A stretch of DNA of 50,346 nt. It comes from Octopus sinensis (taxonomy: Eukaryota). The notes beneath the pieces are model-generated. The model ran no database searches and was not told the DNA's origin. It saw nothing but the letters and a program-made list of their open reading frames with translations. The stretch lies in contig NW_021834380.1 of assembly GCF_006345805.1 (NCBI RefSeq), forward strand, positions 1-50,346. Reading direction: 5' to 3'. Below are positions 22,480 through 35,345 of this stretch, in pieces. Numbering within the stretch: position 1 is the first letter of the stretch; every line of letters begins with the position of its first letter. A program made the position numbers and the translations under genes.

Positions 22480-22485
<6 letters not shown>
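22255..22485 (-). repeat. AT-rich repeat, right inverted arm (longer copy)
   Basis: reverse complement of 21045-21135 plus extra sequence. Confidence 0.8.
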
Positions 22486-22556
<71 letters not shown>

Positions 22557-23369
22557 TAACAACTATTTATGCATTCAAGCATATATAGTAGCAGACACAA
22601 TTTTATGCGGTTATGACCAAGAAGTATTCAGGTATTCAGAGCTAAATGTTAAATTGCATTTGTCAAATATTTACGAGAAATAACCTTATAATAGAACAAA
22701 TCTTGGTGTATGGAAATAGTTTGCTAGCAAACTTTTGTGGAGAACGTTAATAAGTTATTACACTACATTTTTTTTAAAATATCGATATTCTGTAATATGA
22801 AATATTAGTTTAGATGAAGATAAATTCCCTGACCAACAAATATTAGCTACAAGAATTTAAGTCGGGAATAATCTTCATATTGATTCAATTATTTGGAAAC
22901 GATAAATCTTTTTTTTTTTGTGTAGAATAATGATTTCAAAACCCTGATGTTTCCTCTATAATGAAAATCAAAGTAAAAGAAACGGAAATTTGATATCTAC
23001 ACATTATGGCTTAAGCATGTTAACGATGCAATTACTTTCCCAATTAAAATTAATATAAAGATGTTGATGAGAATTTAATGTTTCGTCTTTTCAAGGAAGA
23101 TGTTAAGATTTTAATGATATGTCCCTTAAAACAAATTAAGGATATTCAAATTATTATTTGACTTTAAAATTATGATCGTATATAATTATATAAAAAAATA
23201 TACGATTGGAAATTCTGAATAATTTCATATTAATTAAGACTGTAAAGAGAATAAACTAATCACATTTTGTGTAGAAAGTTTCTAGAACTGGGTAATGGAA
23301 TTATGTATGTGCGCTTGTGACTGCAGCAGAGGGAAAAACGGATGTCTCTTATGGAATAGAAATCAAACT

Positions 23370-24070
23370 AAAAGAAATCGAAATCAATGGTAATCAGTAA
23401 GATACAGCAGTCACTAAGAATAAATATTACAATTGAAAGGAAGAAGGAGGTAACGAGGCAGACACCAAAGATAATGTTCTTGGGATAGTTGCATTCGGAA
23501 AGCAGGAAATATGAAGTAGACATCAAAAGGATTGATTTGACTCGAAAATCATTTCGAAAAAAAAAAAAGAAAAAAATGTCAGCTATATTTACATTAAGAA
23601 ACATTAGTATTGAAACCTGAAAAAGAAAAGATTAAAATGTTGAGTATGCTTTCCTCCATTACATGGAACCGAAACATGGGCGTTAACAAAAGAATTATCA
23701 ACTACATTAGAAGTCATTGAGATGAGAAAATATAGAAGACATTTGAGAATATCATGGACAAAATATAGAACCAATAACGTTCTAAAACTGGTAAAAGCTA
23801 AGTAAATTTTATTAGATGTCATCAAAAGGAAGAACGCTAGAAAAAAATATGGACACTTAATTAGAGAAATGTTTTACAGAGACTCAACAGAAGACAAAGT
23901 GAATGGAAAGAGAAGAAAAGGAAAACCTTGAATTATTTGGATTGAGAAAATGAAGAATTGATGAGACCAAAAATACAGCGAATGTATAAGGACAACACAA
24001 AAAGAACAAGATGGCGGTCATGGTGTTCAATTTAATGAGAGCAGACGACACTTGCAGCTGCTGTGACTGA
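23370..24070 (+). mobile_element. RTE LINE 3' relic with (GAT/GAC)n tail
   Basis: PLHGTETWALTKELSTTLEVIEMRKYRRHLRISWTKYRTNNVLK matches LLYGxETW...EM...RRxLxISW..TN; trinucleotide tail to about 24145. Confidence 0.8.
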
Positions 24071-24409
24071 TGGTGGTGATAAAGATCATGATGAAGATGA
24101 CGACGACGACGATGGTGTTGATGGCGACGACGATTATAACCACGACAAGAATGTATTTACGAGATGCATTCCCGAAAAGTTGAAACTCAGGCAGTTACAA
24201 CGGTCCTAGATTATTGGAATTTTTGTATATCATTACTAGACATAGAATAAGCTGACTTGCCAATATTGGTTTTATTCGAGATTGAAGAAGACAGTTGTAA
24301 CAACACTTTGAATACATCTCACTAAACAACTCGTCACAGCCGACAGTCATAACCTAAAGACAATTTGGAAGCGTATCATGCAATAAAGTACTGTGTTAAA
24401 ATGGACAGA

Positions 24410-24950
24410 AGAAAAACAGAAACTGATGAATTTATGAAATACTTGAGACTGCCTATGGACTAACTTGTATAAGCGTAGCGTCTGTGTTTCGCCGTCTCAA
24501 GAGATTCAAGGATGGTAGATGGGATGTGAGAGACGATAAGAGGTTTGGGAAAGAGAGAATCTTTAGAACATGAGAACTGGTTTTGAAAAAATTTCGCAAC
24601 TTTGTTATAAAGACAATAAACATACAGTTTATAGCCGTTGTAGCAAGTGTACACAGAATTATTAATGGAGATTTGAACATGTGCAAAATTTGTGCAAAGT
24701 TTCTTCCGAGGTTGCTCAGTGACGAACAAAAGGAAAAACATATTGGCGGCAGCAGGGAAATGGTTGAGCGTTTTATCTTCAATCTAAGAGTACTGAAGTC
24801 TCTCTGGTGACCTTGTGACGAAAGCTGAACTTACTGCTGCGATCAAGAAACCGAGTCAGAGAGTCCAACGGAACCATCCTGGCTCCTCATGACCGAAGGA
24901 AGCCAGAGGGAGCAAGTCCATTGAGAAGCTCATGATGGTTCCCTTTTATC
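24410..24950 (+). pseudogene. mariner transposase relic
   Basis: AYGLTCISVASVFRRLKRFKDGR...CAKFLPRLLSDEQKEKH...VT/CDES*TY.../HPGSS*PKEARGSKSIEKLMMVPF. Confidence 0.8.
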
Positions 24951-25098
24951 AGAATATAACTTGAAACCCAGGGGAATTCGAAGGGAACTGACGTAAAAAG
25001 TGAACTGTCAGGGATAAAACATACGAGAAGCATCGTATGCTTAGCCAGGTCTCGACATCATCACGTAGTAATATAATGGAGAACCCAAGGCTGCATAT

Positions 25099-25483
25099 GA
25101 GAGAAGCAATCCGTCGGTTACGACGACGAGGGTTCCGGTTGATCCGAATCAACGGAACAGCCTGCTCGTGAAATTAACGTGTAAGTGGCTGAGCACTCCA
25201 CAGACACGTGTACCCTTAACGTAGTTCTCGGGGATATTCAGCGTGACACAGAGAGTGACAAGGCCGGCCCTTTGAAATACAGGTACAACAGAAACAGGAA
25301 GTAAGAGTGAGAGAAAGTTGTGGTGAAAGAGTACAGCAGGGATCACCACCATCCCTGCCGGAGCCTCGTGGAGCTTTAGGTGTTTTCGCTCAATAAACAC
25401 TCACAACGCCCGGTCTGGGAATCGAAACCGCGATCCTATGACCGCGAGTCCGCTGCCCTAACCACTGGGCTATTGCGCCTCCA
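25099..25483 (-). mobile_element. young SINE family C with 13-bp TSD
   Basis: near-identical to 11496 and 38534; TSD CAAG(G/A)CTGCATAT at 25086-25098 and 25484-25496. Confidence 0.95.
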
Positions 25484-25844
25484 CAAGACTGCATATACAC
25501 GTGAATGAAACTAGGTCAAGTACCAATGAGAATATTAATAGATTGAATAAATTTGAACAGATACAGGCGAGTTGAGGGAAAGTGGGATGCTTTAAAAAAT
25601 CTCAGTAACTACAAATTAAGAGGGGAGTAACTCCCTATTTAATGGGAATTAGAGTTTGTAGTATTATTTAATGGGAATTAGAGTTTGTAGAAGTGTGCAG
25701 TCTGTCCTCAGATCTAGAATTAGTTCATCAAATCTATTAATGTTACCTTTACTATACATGATTGTCATAATTTATGCAATACATAACTTGCACTTATTGT
25801 TATAAATACTATAGAATGCCGCACATGAACGATCGCACATTGTC

Positions 25845-26113
25845 TTCGTCGCCCTTTTCAATCCTAGTCAGACTCATGGGCCCGGTTTCCTGGTTTCTGT
25901 GGCGTATGTGTTCCCCCCAACTGGACGGGACGCCAATCCATCGCAGCGTTACTCAAGAAACAGGAAGATAGGGTGAGAGAAAGTTGTGGCGAAAGAGTAA
26001 AACAGGGTTCGCCACCACCCCCTGCCGGAGCCTCGTGGAGCTTTTAGGTGTTTTCGCTTAATAAACACACACAACGCCCGGGCTGGGAATCGAAACCGCG
26101 ATCCTCCGACCGC
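25845..26113 (-). mobile_element. chimeric SINE: family C 5' half plus family E 3' tail
   Basis: matches C up to CTTCCTGTTTCT, then switches at about 25955 to TGAGTAACGCTGCGATGGA...GAAACCGGGCCCATG of family E. Confidence 0.85.
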
Positions 26114-26350
26114 AACATTTGTTATTGTAGTCTGTGAAATCCCTCTTTAATTTTCAAATAACTTCAGATGATATGCTTCAAGCCTTAGCTACGCACCTAC
26201 ATATCATATTGTGATTATATAATCAGAACTTCAAGTCATTGTGAGAAGCACCTATGTAAATGTAACTAGTCTGATTTGTAATAGCTACACATTGATAAAC
26301 AGTGTTTATTAGATGCATGTTATCTAATGGATAGGAGCAGGACATATATA

Positions 26351-26581
26351 TATTTCTTTACTACTTACAAGGGGCTAAACACAGAGGGGACAAACAAGGA
26401 CAGACAAAGGGATTAAGTCGATTACATCGAACCCAGTACGTAAATGGTACTTAATTTATCGACCCCGAAAGGATGAAAGGCAAAGTCGACCTCGGCGGAA
26501 TTTGAACACGGAACGTAACGACAGACGAAATACGGCTACGCATTTCGCCCGGCGTGCTAACGTTTCTGCCAGCTCGCCGCC
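26351..26581 (-). mobile_element. SINE family B with 18-bp TSD
   Basis: TSD AGGAG(C/T)AGGACA(T/C)ATATA at 26333-26350 and 26582-26599. Confidence 0.92.
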
Positions 26582-26663
26582 AGGAGTAGGACACATATAA
26601 TTACACAACCTATCTGCGGGTCCACGCGTGGTGTATTTCAGGTTTAGGACATCACTAGTTTCA

Positions 26664-26953
26664 TTAACCTTCCACCCCAACCAATTTTATCACCGGTAGC
26701 TTTGGCAGGATTAATAAAGTCGTGATTAATACTAGTGATGTTTTCATAAGAATGTGGATGTGCACGGGATTTGCACAATCAACAAACCCGCTTTGTTGAA
26801 TTGAATGCAAATTGGAACTGGTAATAACATATGAGATTTGACGATCGTGGCCTGGGCTGCTATACATGCTGGTGTAGTGTGTACGGGTATTGCTAGCTGC
26901 AGCGCTCGGAAGGTCCTTTAGTCTTGTATTATTAATCCTACGTATGACATTAG
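26664..26953 (-). other. candidate exon of an unidentified gene
   Basis: branch-like CTTAAC, pyrimidine tract and CAG acceptor; open frame of about 96 codons in non-repetitive sequence; possible donor at 26787; no recognised homology. Confidence 0.25.
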
Positions 26954-27565
26954 CTGTAGTAGAACATGATAGGAGAGTTAAGATTGAAAATCGTACCCCC
27001 CCACACACATATAGGTACGAGTTTCGTATGCAAATACATCTTTTTAAACAATCTATAATTGTATATACATACATATATATACACACAAGCATATATGTGT
27101 ATGTAAATACACATATAAATATATATGCAAATATACATACACAAACAACCCCCACACACATATGTATATATCGCGAGAGAGAGAAGAGAGATACTTTTGT
27201 CGGTACATATATACTTATACATATTTATAAGGATATGCACATATATACAAATCTCGATTTAATATACATAACTATGCATATAACGATTTTTTGTATCTTG
27301 ATCTTCATAATACATATGAATACCGAAATCTAGACAAAACGATTTCACTCTTGTATAAAAAGTTAAATTTATTTTACTTATACAAAAACAGTACACGCAT
27401 ATAAAAGAATTTGGACGCCATTTCAAGCTTTTATCAGTGTTTTACCTACATACACACACGCCCACACAAAAACACACATACATGCACACACCATACACAC
27501 ACACACACACGTAATACGTCTGTACAATGGAAGTGCAATGATAAAAAGTACAGTATGATTTATAT

Positions 27566-27870
27566 CAGTTGTGGTTCGCAACCAGAGTCCATATAAAAAC
27601 ATCGAGGGTCCATAGCACAAAATAGCAAATTGGGGATCCACATTAATATTCTAAGGGCTCCTGAAAAAACTTTTGCTTTAGATGTATGTATTGGGGGTGC
27701 ATCTCTAACATTTTACATAGTTCAACCTACACAAATTAATGTGTAAAAAACGAAATAGGAATTTTGAAAGAAGTCTCTACAAAACTAGTTTATAAACATC
27801 GAATGGCTTTGGTGGGTCCTCTAGAGTAAAGTCATAATCAAAGGGGTCCATAGATAGGTTGTAGTTGAGT
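27566..27870. mobile_element. probable hAT-type MITE, degenerate
   Basis: begins CAG..GTGGTTCGCAACC; subterminal GGGTCCA repeats near both ends. Confidence 0.4.
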
Positions 27871-28499
27871 TTATATGCACTCTTACATGCCTTATCTTTT
27901 GAGTCCTCTTTCGCCGCTTTCATTGCTTATTTAGTCTTTTTTTTTGCCAATAACCTTCCTAGTTCGTCTTCGAGTTAGATTAGCTCTCTGCTCCATGACC
28001 TCTTGACTTGCATTGTTTCAATACGATTTTATAAATACATTGTATGGAAAATATAAAATGAAAATAAAGTTGAGATTCAAATTCTCATTTTAAGGAAATG
28101 TATTTAAGCTATAATAAATTCTAGCATTCCACAGCCAATATTTCTCAAACAATTTCCTCGAAAGATTTGGCAAGTTTCCACGTCAGTTTGAACAGTTTCT
28201 TCTCAGCGGCCATTTAACAGCTTGATGGCTGATCATTTGAAAATTTGAATTCGGTTTAAAAGCCAATGAAATATGGGTTACATGATGTACAGATACAAAA
28301 TGCTAGATATGTTGCGGCTTGAAAAATTGATCTCTTTCACCACATGCACACATACATAAATATGTACATGCAGGCACGAACGCACGCACATATTACTGCT
28401 TCCTATTATGGTTGTCACATGATATCAAGCAAATACGGAGCGCGATACAAAACAGCCATGTTGCACCAAAATTAACACAGTTCAACAGATACGTTACTA

Positions 28500-29744
28500 T
28501 TGGGTTGGCAACTAAGTTCCCGCTGCTTTTCAAAATTAAAATTTTTCAAATGGTTTAATAAAAAATAACTAATTAATCAATAATCTATTCACCCTTGTTG
28601 TTTACAACTTCTTCGCAAAGTTCAACAAGATTTTCAATACCTCGTTGGTAGAAATCACCCGATTTCCACTCGAAAAATTTATCTAACCAAGCTCTCAATT
28701 CTGCATCAGTATTGAACGAAACTTCGCGCATAGCATTTGAAAGAGATCGAAAGAGGTGGAAACCCGTTGGTGCCAAATCAGGAGAGTACGGAGGGTGTGG
28801 CAGCACTTCCCAGCCATGCGTTTAAATGGCTTCCTTGGTTATATTGGCGATATGAAGGCGAGCGTTTTCGTGCAGAAGAACTCCATGCTGCCGATTGAAT
28901 AGCCGTGTTGAATCGTTCCATCTGTTGAACATAGAGTTCCGCGTTGGTCGTTTGGTTCCGTTCAAGCAATTCATAATGGATAATCCCTTCCCAGTCCCAC
29001 CTCACGCACGACATCATTTACGCGGATGAAGATCTTGTTTCACGCGCGGCGTCGCTTGATTATCGGTGCTAAGCCATTCCTTACGCTGTTTCATATAGAT
29101 GTACAGGTACCATTTTTCGTTGCCAGCAACGATTCGGTAAAGAAATCGTTGCTTGTGTCTATGAGTTGAGCGGTGACGAGGAAGCAAGCCAGCGGAGATT
29201 GTGGCTCGTTGATTATAGTTGTTGTCACTTAAAGCGTGCGGAACCCATGCTCCATGTGAAGATGCTTCTCTATAGCAGCGTGGGAGCATTCCATTTTCTC
29301 TGCCAGTTCCATTGTCGTTTGACGAGAATTTTCATGCAAAAGTTGTTTTAATCGCTCTTCATCGAACTCAACTGGACGGCCAGAGCGAGGTGCATCTTTG
29401 AGGCCAAAATTTCTATTTTTGAACTTGGCATACCAATCACGAGCGGTTCTTTCAGCCATGGCACCCTCTCCATACACAGCACAAATGTCGCGAGCAGCAT
29501 TTGCGGCCTTAGAACCTTGATTAAAAGCAAAAAGCAGGTGTCGAAAATGCTCGTTTTTCTTAACTTGACATCCCATTTTAATGATCTGAAAATAAACAAA
29601 AATTAACTAAATTTAACTAGAAAAAAAAAAAAGATTCTAAAATGTTTCAAAAATAGAATTCTCGGAAAAAAAAAAAGACTCCAAAATTTAAAAACGCAAT
29701 AAATTCCAAAATTTAAAAACACGGCGGGAACTTAGCTAACTCAA
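28500..29744 (-). mobile_element. near full-length dead mariner (DD34D, mellifera-like)
   Basis: TA TSDs; TIR TTGGGTTGGCAACTAAGTTCCCGC; frameshifted transposase with EHFRH, GRP, WVPH and YSPDLAP motifs. Confidence 0.93.
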
Positions 29745-30218
29745 TAGAAGTAGTTAATAGAACAGAGGTTGATCTATGAAAAGCGAACATACCAAAAATA
29801 TGCATGGATTTTATATGGAAGTTTCTTGATAACATAGCAGCTAACATCGGGTTTTAATTCTATTCCAAACCTCAAACATCATACCACTGTTTAGAACCAA
29901 AGATCCCACCTTTTCCGTCGAAGGAAAGTATCTATAATATTGTAACAGCTTAAATTTCAAGGGTCCCCGTATTCCAAAACAAAACGACACGACTCGGAAT
30001 GGAAGTGTCTTCGTTAATTAAAATACAATTCTTGTTAAGTAAAATTTAATCTCAAAAGAAACGCAAATGAGTTTGACGTTGTCCAATCCCCATTCACACA
30101 AAACAAACAGCGGGAGAGGGATATGACTTATGAATGAACTATACTACGAATGACACAGATAGCGTTCACTTAAGATGGCCACAATTTCTATTTATAAATA
30201 GTAAGATTATACATACAC

Positions 30219-30219
<1 letters not shown>

Positions 30220-30258
<39 letters not shown>

Positions 30259-30568
30259 TAAAATACAGATATATACACAAACTATATATACGCAAATACA
30301 TACACAAACTATATATACGCAAATACATACACATATATATATATACATCTATATATATATATGTGCGCATCTATATAATATGCGTATTTATATATGTACA
30401 TCTACATACATAAAAACATGCATTGCATGCATATATATACATACACACATACAAGTGCACAAACTTTTACCTTTATATTTATATAAAGGTAAAAGTTTAT
30501 GTACTTGTTTGTGTGTATGTATATATATATATATAAAGGTAAAAGTTTGTGTACTTGTATGTGTGTGC

Positions 30569-30603
<35 letters not shown>

Positions 30604-31349
30604 TGCAATGCATGTTTTTATGTATGTAGATGTACATATATAGATACACACACATATATATATATATGTGCACACACATATATATATAGATGTATATATA
30701 TGTGTATGTATTTGCGTATATATAGTTAGTGTATATATGTCGGTTTCTGCGTAAATATATATGCATGTGTGAATCTACGAGTGTATAAAAATACACACAA
30801 TCGCACACGGTAATATAAGTATACACGTATACGTAGATATATAAATGTTTACCGCATTGTGTATATGAATTCCAATACACACACACACACACACACAAAT
30901 ATAAATACACTACGATTGTGTGTCTATATGCGATCATTTAGATTAAAGAAAAACTCTCCCTTTCATCAAATTATTTTAAAGGTAATCTATTCTGTTTACA
31001 CCACACCTTTGCGATTTATTTTTTTCCCATTAGAAAAACATACATTTTATTGATTTGTAACTTCTTTCCAGTTCATCTATCTATTACATCTCATTGAATA
31101 TAAATTAAATTAAAAATAAAACAGCGAAATTATCAAGACACCTGAAATTTATCGCTTTGGTGAATAATGCAAAGGAATAAGTGATACTATAATAGATGCA
31201 AGAATACAGCACAGAGGTTCGTGTATATATACACACACATATATATACACAGGTATCTATATATGTATGTAGATATATAAATATATATATCCATACACAC
31301 ACATACATATATATCCATATACACACACATATATATCCATATACACACG

Positions 31350-31398
<49 letters not shown>

Positions 31399-31526
31399 GG
31401 CTGTCCGTCGATTATGACTACGAGGGTACCAGGTGATCTGATAAGTGGAACAAACTACAAGTGAAATTAACGTCCGAGTGGATGAGAACAGACATGCGTA
31501 CATCCATCCCCACATACATGTATATA

Positions 31527-31565
<39 letters not shown>
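30220..31565 (+). repeat. ~1.35-kb tandem duplication, unit 1
   Basis: offset of 1345-1346 bp at two anchors (30258/31604 and 31399/32744); near-identical. Confidence 0.95.
30265..30737. repeat. ~470-bp quasi-palindrome (repeated at about 31611-32082)
   Basis: 30391-30430 is the exact reverse complement of 30601-30640; centre CCTTTATATTTATATAAAGG. Confidence 0.9.
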
Positions 31566-31595
<30 letters not shown>

Positions 31596-31913
31596 TATAT
31601 ATACTAAAATACAGATATATACACAAACTATATATACGCAAATACATACACAAACTATATATACGCAAATACATACACATATATATATATACATCTATAT
31701 ATATATATGTGCGCATCTATATAATATGCGTATTTATATATGTACATCTACATACATAAAAACATGCATTGCATGCATATATATACATACACACATACAA
31801 GTGCACAAACTTTTACCTTTATATTTATATAAAGGTAAAAGTTTATGTACTTGTTGTGTGTATGTATATATATATATATAAAGGTAAAAGTTTGTGTACT
31901 TGTATGTGTGTGC

Positions 31914-31948
<35 letters not shown>

Positions 31949-32694
31949 TGCAATGCATGTTTTTATGTATGTAGATGTACATATATAGATACACACACAT
32001 ATATATATATATGTGCACACACATATATATATAGATGTATATATATGTGTATGTATTTGCGTATATATAGTTAGTGTATATATGTCGGTTTCTGCGTAAA
32101 TATATATGCATGTGTGAATCTACGAGTGTATAAAAATACACACAATCGCACACGGTAATATAAGTATACACGTATACGTAGATATATAAATGTTTACCGC
32201 ATTGTGTATATGAATTCCAATACACACACACACACACACACAAATATAAATACACTACGATTGTGTGTCTATATGCGATCATTTAGATTAAAGAAAAACT
32301 CTCCCTTTCATCAAATTATTTTAAAGGTAATCTATTCTGTTTACACCACACCTTTGCGATTTATTTTTTTCCCATTAGAAAAACATACATTTTATTGATT
32401 TGTAACTTCTTTCCAGTTCATCTATCTATTACATCTCATTGAATATAAATTAAATTAAAAATAAAACAGCGAAATTATCAAGACACCTGAAATTTATCGC
32501 TTTGGTGAATAATGCAAAGGAATAAGTGATACTATAATAGATGCAAGAATACAGCACAGAGGTTCGTGTATATATACACACACATATATATACACAGGTA
32601 TCTATATATGTATGTAGATATATAAATATATATATCCATACACACACATACATATATATCCATATACACACACATATATATCCATATACACACG

Positions 32695-32743
<49 letters not shown>

Positions 32744-32871
32744 GGCTGTCCGTCGATTATGACTACGAGGGTACCAGGTGATCTGATAAGTGGAACAAAC
32801 TACAAGTGAAATTAACGTCCGAGTGGATGAGAACAGACATGCGTACATCCATCCACACATACATGTATATA

Positions 32872-32907
<36 letters not shown>

Positions 32908-32914
32908 TATATAT
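31566..32914 (+). repeat. ~1.35-kb tandem duplication, unit 2
   Basis: differs from unit 1 only in microsatellite lengths, one 1-nt indel and about one substitution that I could see. Confidence 0.95.
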
Positions 32915-33230
32915 GTGGGTGTCTAATTTGCAATTTTTTACAACCTAAATGTAGAAATACATACGTCACGAAAGTGAACGAAGGGTACTCATAACCACCA
33001 GTACTGCTAGAAATAAGAGTCAAAACAATTCAATAAGCCGTAGAAGCATTATCTTAATGACTGACAAGGGAGAGTGTGGTGAGAGCCACCGATGAACATT
33101 AAGATACGTTAAGCATCAAAATGCGAAATCATCAACGATCTGGTTATATCTGCAACCGTAGCTTGGGATTCAAAGGCCTACATATAATGCCTTGCAAGAA
33201 TATCTGAGGGATTATCATGGAGCAGAGAAA

Positions 33231-33765
33231 GGCGGTGAGCTGGCAGAAACGTTAGCACGCCGGGCGAATTGCTTAGCGGTATTTCGTCTGCCGTTACGTT
33301 CTGAGTTCAAATTCCGCCGCGGTCGACTTTGCCTTTCATCCTTTCGGGTTCGATTAAATAAGTACCAGTTACGCACTGGGGTCGATCTAATCGACTAATC
33401 CGTTTGTGTCCTTGCTTGTCCTTTCTGTGTTTAGCCCCTTGTGTGTAGTAAAGAAATAGGTATTTCGTCTGCCGCTACGTTCTGAGTTCAAATTCGACTT
33501 TGCCTTTCTTCCTTTTGGGGTGTGTGGTGAACCCTGCTGTACTGTTTCACTACAACTGTCTGTCACTTATTCTTCCTGTTTCTGTTGTACCTGTATTTCA
33601 AAGGGCCAGCACTGTCACCCTCTGTGTCACTCAATCTCCCCGAGAACTACCTTAAGGGTAGACGTATCTATGGAGTGCTCAGCCACTTGTACGATTACTT
33701 TACGAGCAAGCTGTTCCGCTGATCAGATCATCTGGAACGCTCGTCGTCGTAACCGATGGAGTGCC
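33231..33765 (+). mobile_element. SINE cluster: full B, partial B, 5'-truncated old C
   Basis: B at 33231-33456, partial B at 33457-33522, diverged C body at 33523-33765. Confidence 0.85.
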
Positions 33766-35071
33766 ACGATAGCTGTACTAAGATGAATTGAAGATTTGTT
33801 CAGTTGAATATTCTATTTGTAGGAACCATCAGACTGCAGCCATATTAGACTGCGGCATTGAAGGGTTTTAGTCGAACAAATTGATCATCATAACCGTCGT
33901 TGCCCACATTATTTTTGTTGATGTTTGGTTTCAGAAACAGATTTAAAGTTTTATTTAAAAGTGATTTAAATACACATTGACAAAAGATAATATAAAGAGA
34001 AAAATAACATCTATAAACACGTTTGGGTTATTTAACAAATGAAAAGAACGTAGTTTTGCTATTCACTTAAATGTATAACTGTCTACTCCCATAAGAATTG
34101 ACAGGCACACGTTCCAGTCTGTTCCTAAAAGAATAGAAAGACAGAAAGAGACGGAGAGAGAGAGACTGACAGACAAATAAATGAAAAGAGAGAGAAGAAA
34201 GGGAAATATTAAATTGTCACAGTCTTTACAGATGTTATTGTATATTTGTTCCGTTCGTACTAATTGTAAATGGTATGCTATGATGCATTATTTCACTGTT
34301 CCAATGTTTTAATTCAATCGCTAGATTGGTGTGATTCTTTTCAGCTCGCCCCAGCACAATATTATAACGATTTAGCATTATTATGTCAATAATCAGTTGT
34401 CTATTGTTATTTTTGCCATGGAAAATATCAAGTCTATTATACGCTATCAGCTAGTAGGTCTGTATACTAAATTTCCATAGCATTTCACTTTGTCATTTTC
34501 TAAGACCGTTTGCAAGTTCATGCGAAGACATTTGTTGAATTACCAAACAAAAGAATAAAACAAACTGATTCTCAATGGATTTAGAAGACAATTCTTCGGA
34601 CGGATTCCATTCATTCAATGGCTACAATTATCGCATGTATTGAAATTGTCAATCAATTCCATCTAATTCTTAATTATAGTCATAGAATAATGTTGTCCAA
34701 AGTCGGTGTATTTACTGTAGTTTTAACTGAAGGTCGTTGCTAGTGAATAGTGATTGATTGTTGTCACTTTCTCACAATATTAATCAATAATACTTTTCAT
34801 TGCTCCTATCTATTTTTATTGGGCCATTCAGGATTTTTTCTGTGTTAATGGAACTCTGAAAACTCATAAGGGAAAACATGGAAGTTCCAATTTTTATTAC
34901 AAAATTAAGATCTCGGCGCATTATTGTCTTCGATGAGTCTTGCGAAAGTAAATACGTTTCAAAATTTAACAAAGAACTTACTATGCACTATTAAACTTCG
35001 TTCAGTTGGAATGATAAAGGCGAAAGCGAATCGAGCACCGTTGAGGGTACATTTCCTTTGGAAGAGGATGA

Positions 35072-35290
35072 TCTTGGACACTACTGCTACTGCTGTTAAT
35101 ACAACTACTACTACTGTTGCTGCTGCTGCTACTACTATTACTACTACTGTTGCTGCTACTACTACTACCACCACAACTACTACCAATGTTGCTACTACTA
35201 CTACCACTGTTGCTGCTGCTACTACTACTACTACTACTACCACTGTTGCTGCTGCCGCTACTACTACCACTGTTGCTGCTGCCGCTACTA

Positions 35291-35327
<37 letters not shown>

Positions 35328-35340
35328 TACATATATATAT
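35072..35340. repeat. (ACT/GCT)n trinucleotide repeat followed by (CA)n(TA)n
   Basis: direct reading. Confidence 0.95.
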
Positions 35341-35345
35341 ATACA

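Noticed and set aside
28080-28260. Possible Tc1 3' end on the minus strand
   Set aside because: Similarity too weak and no TIR identified.
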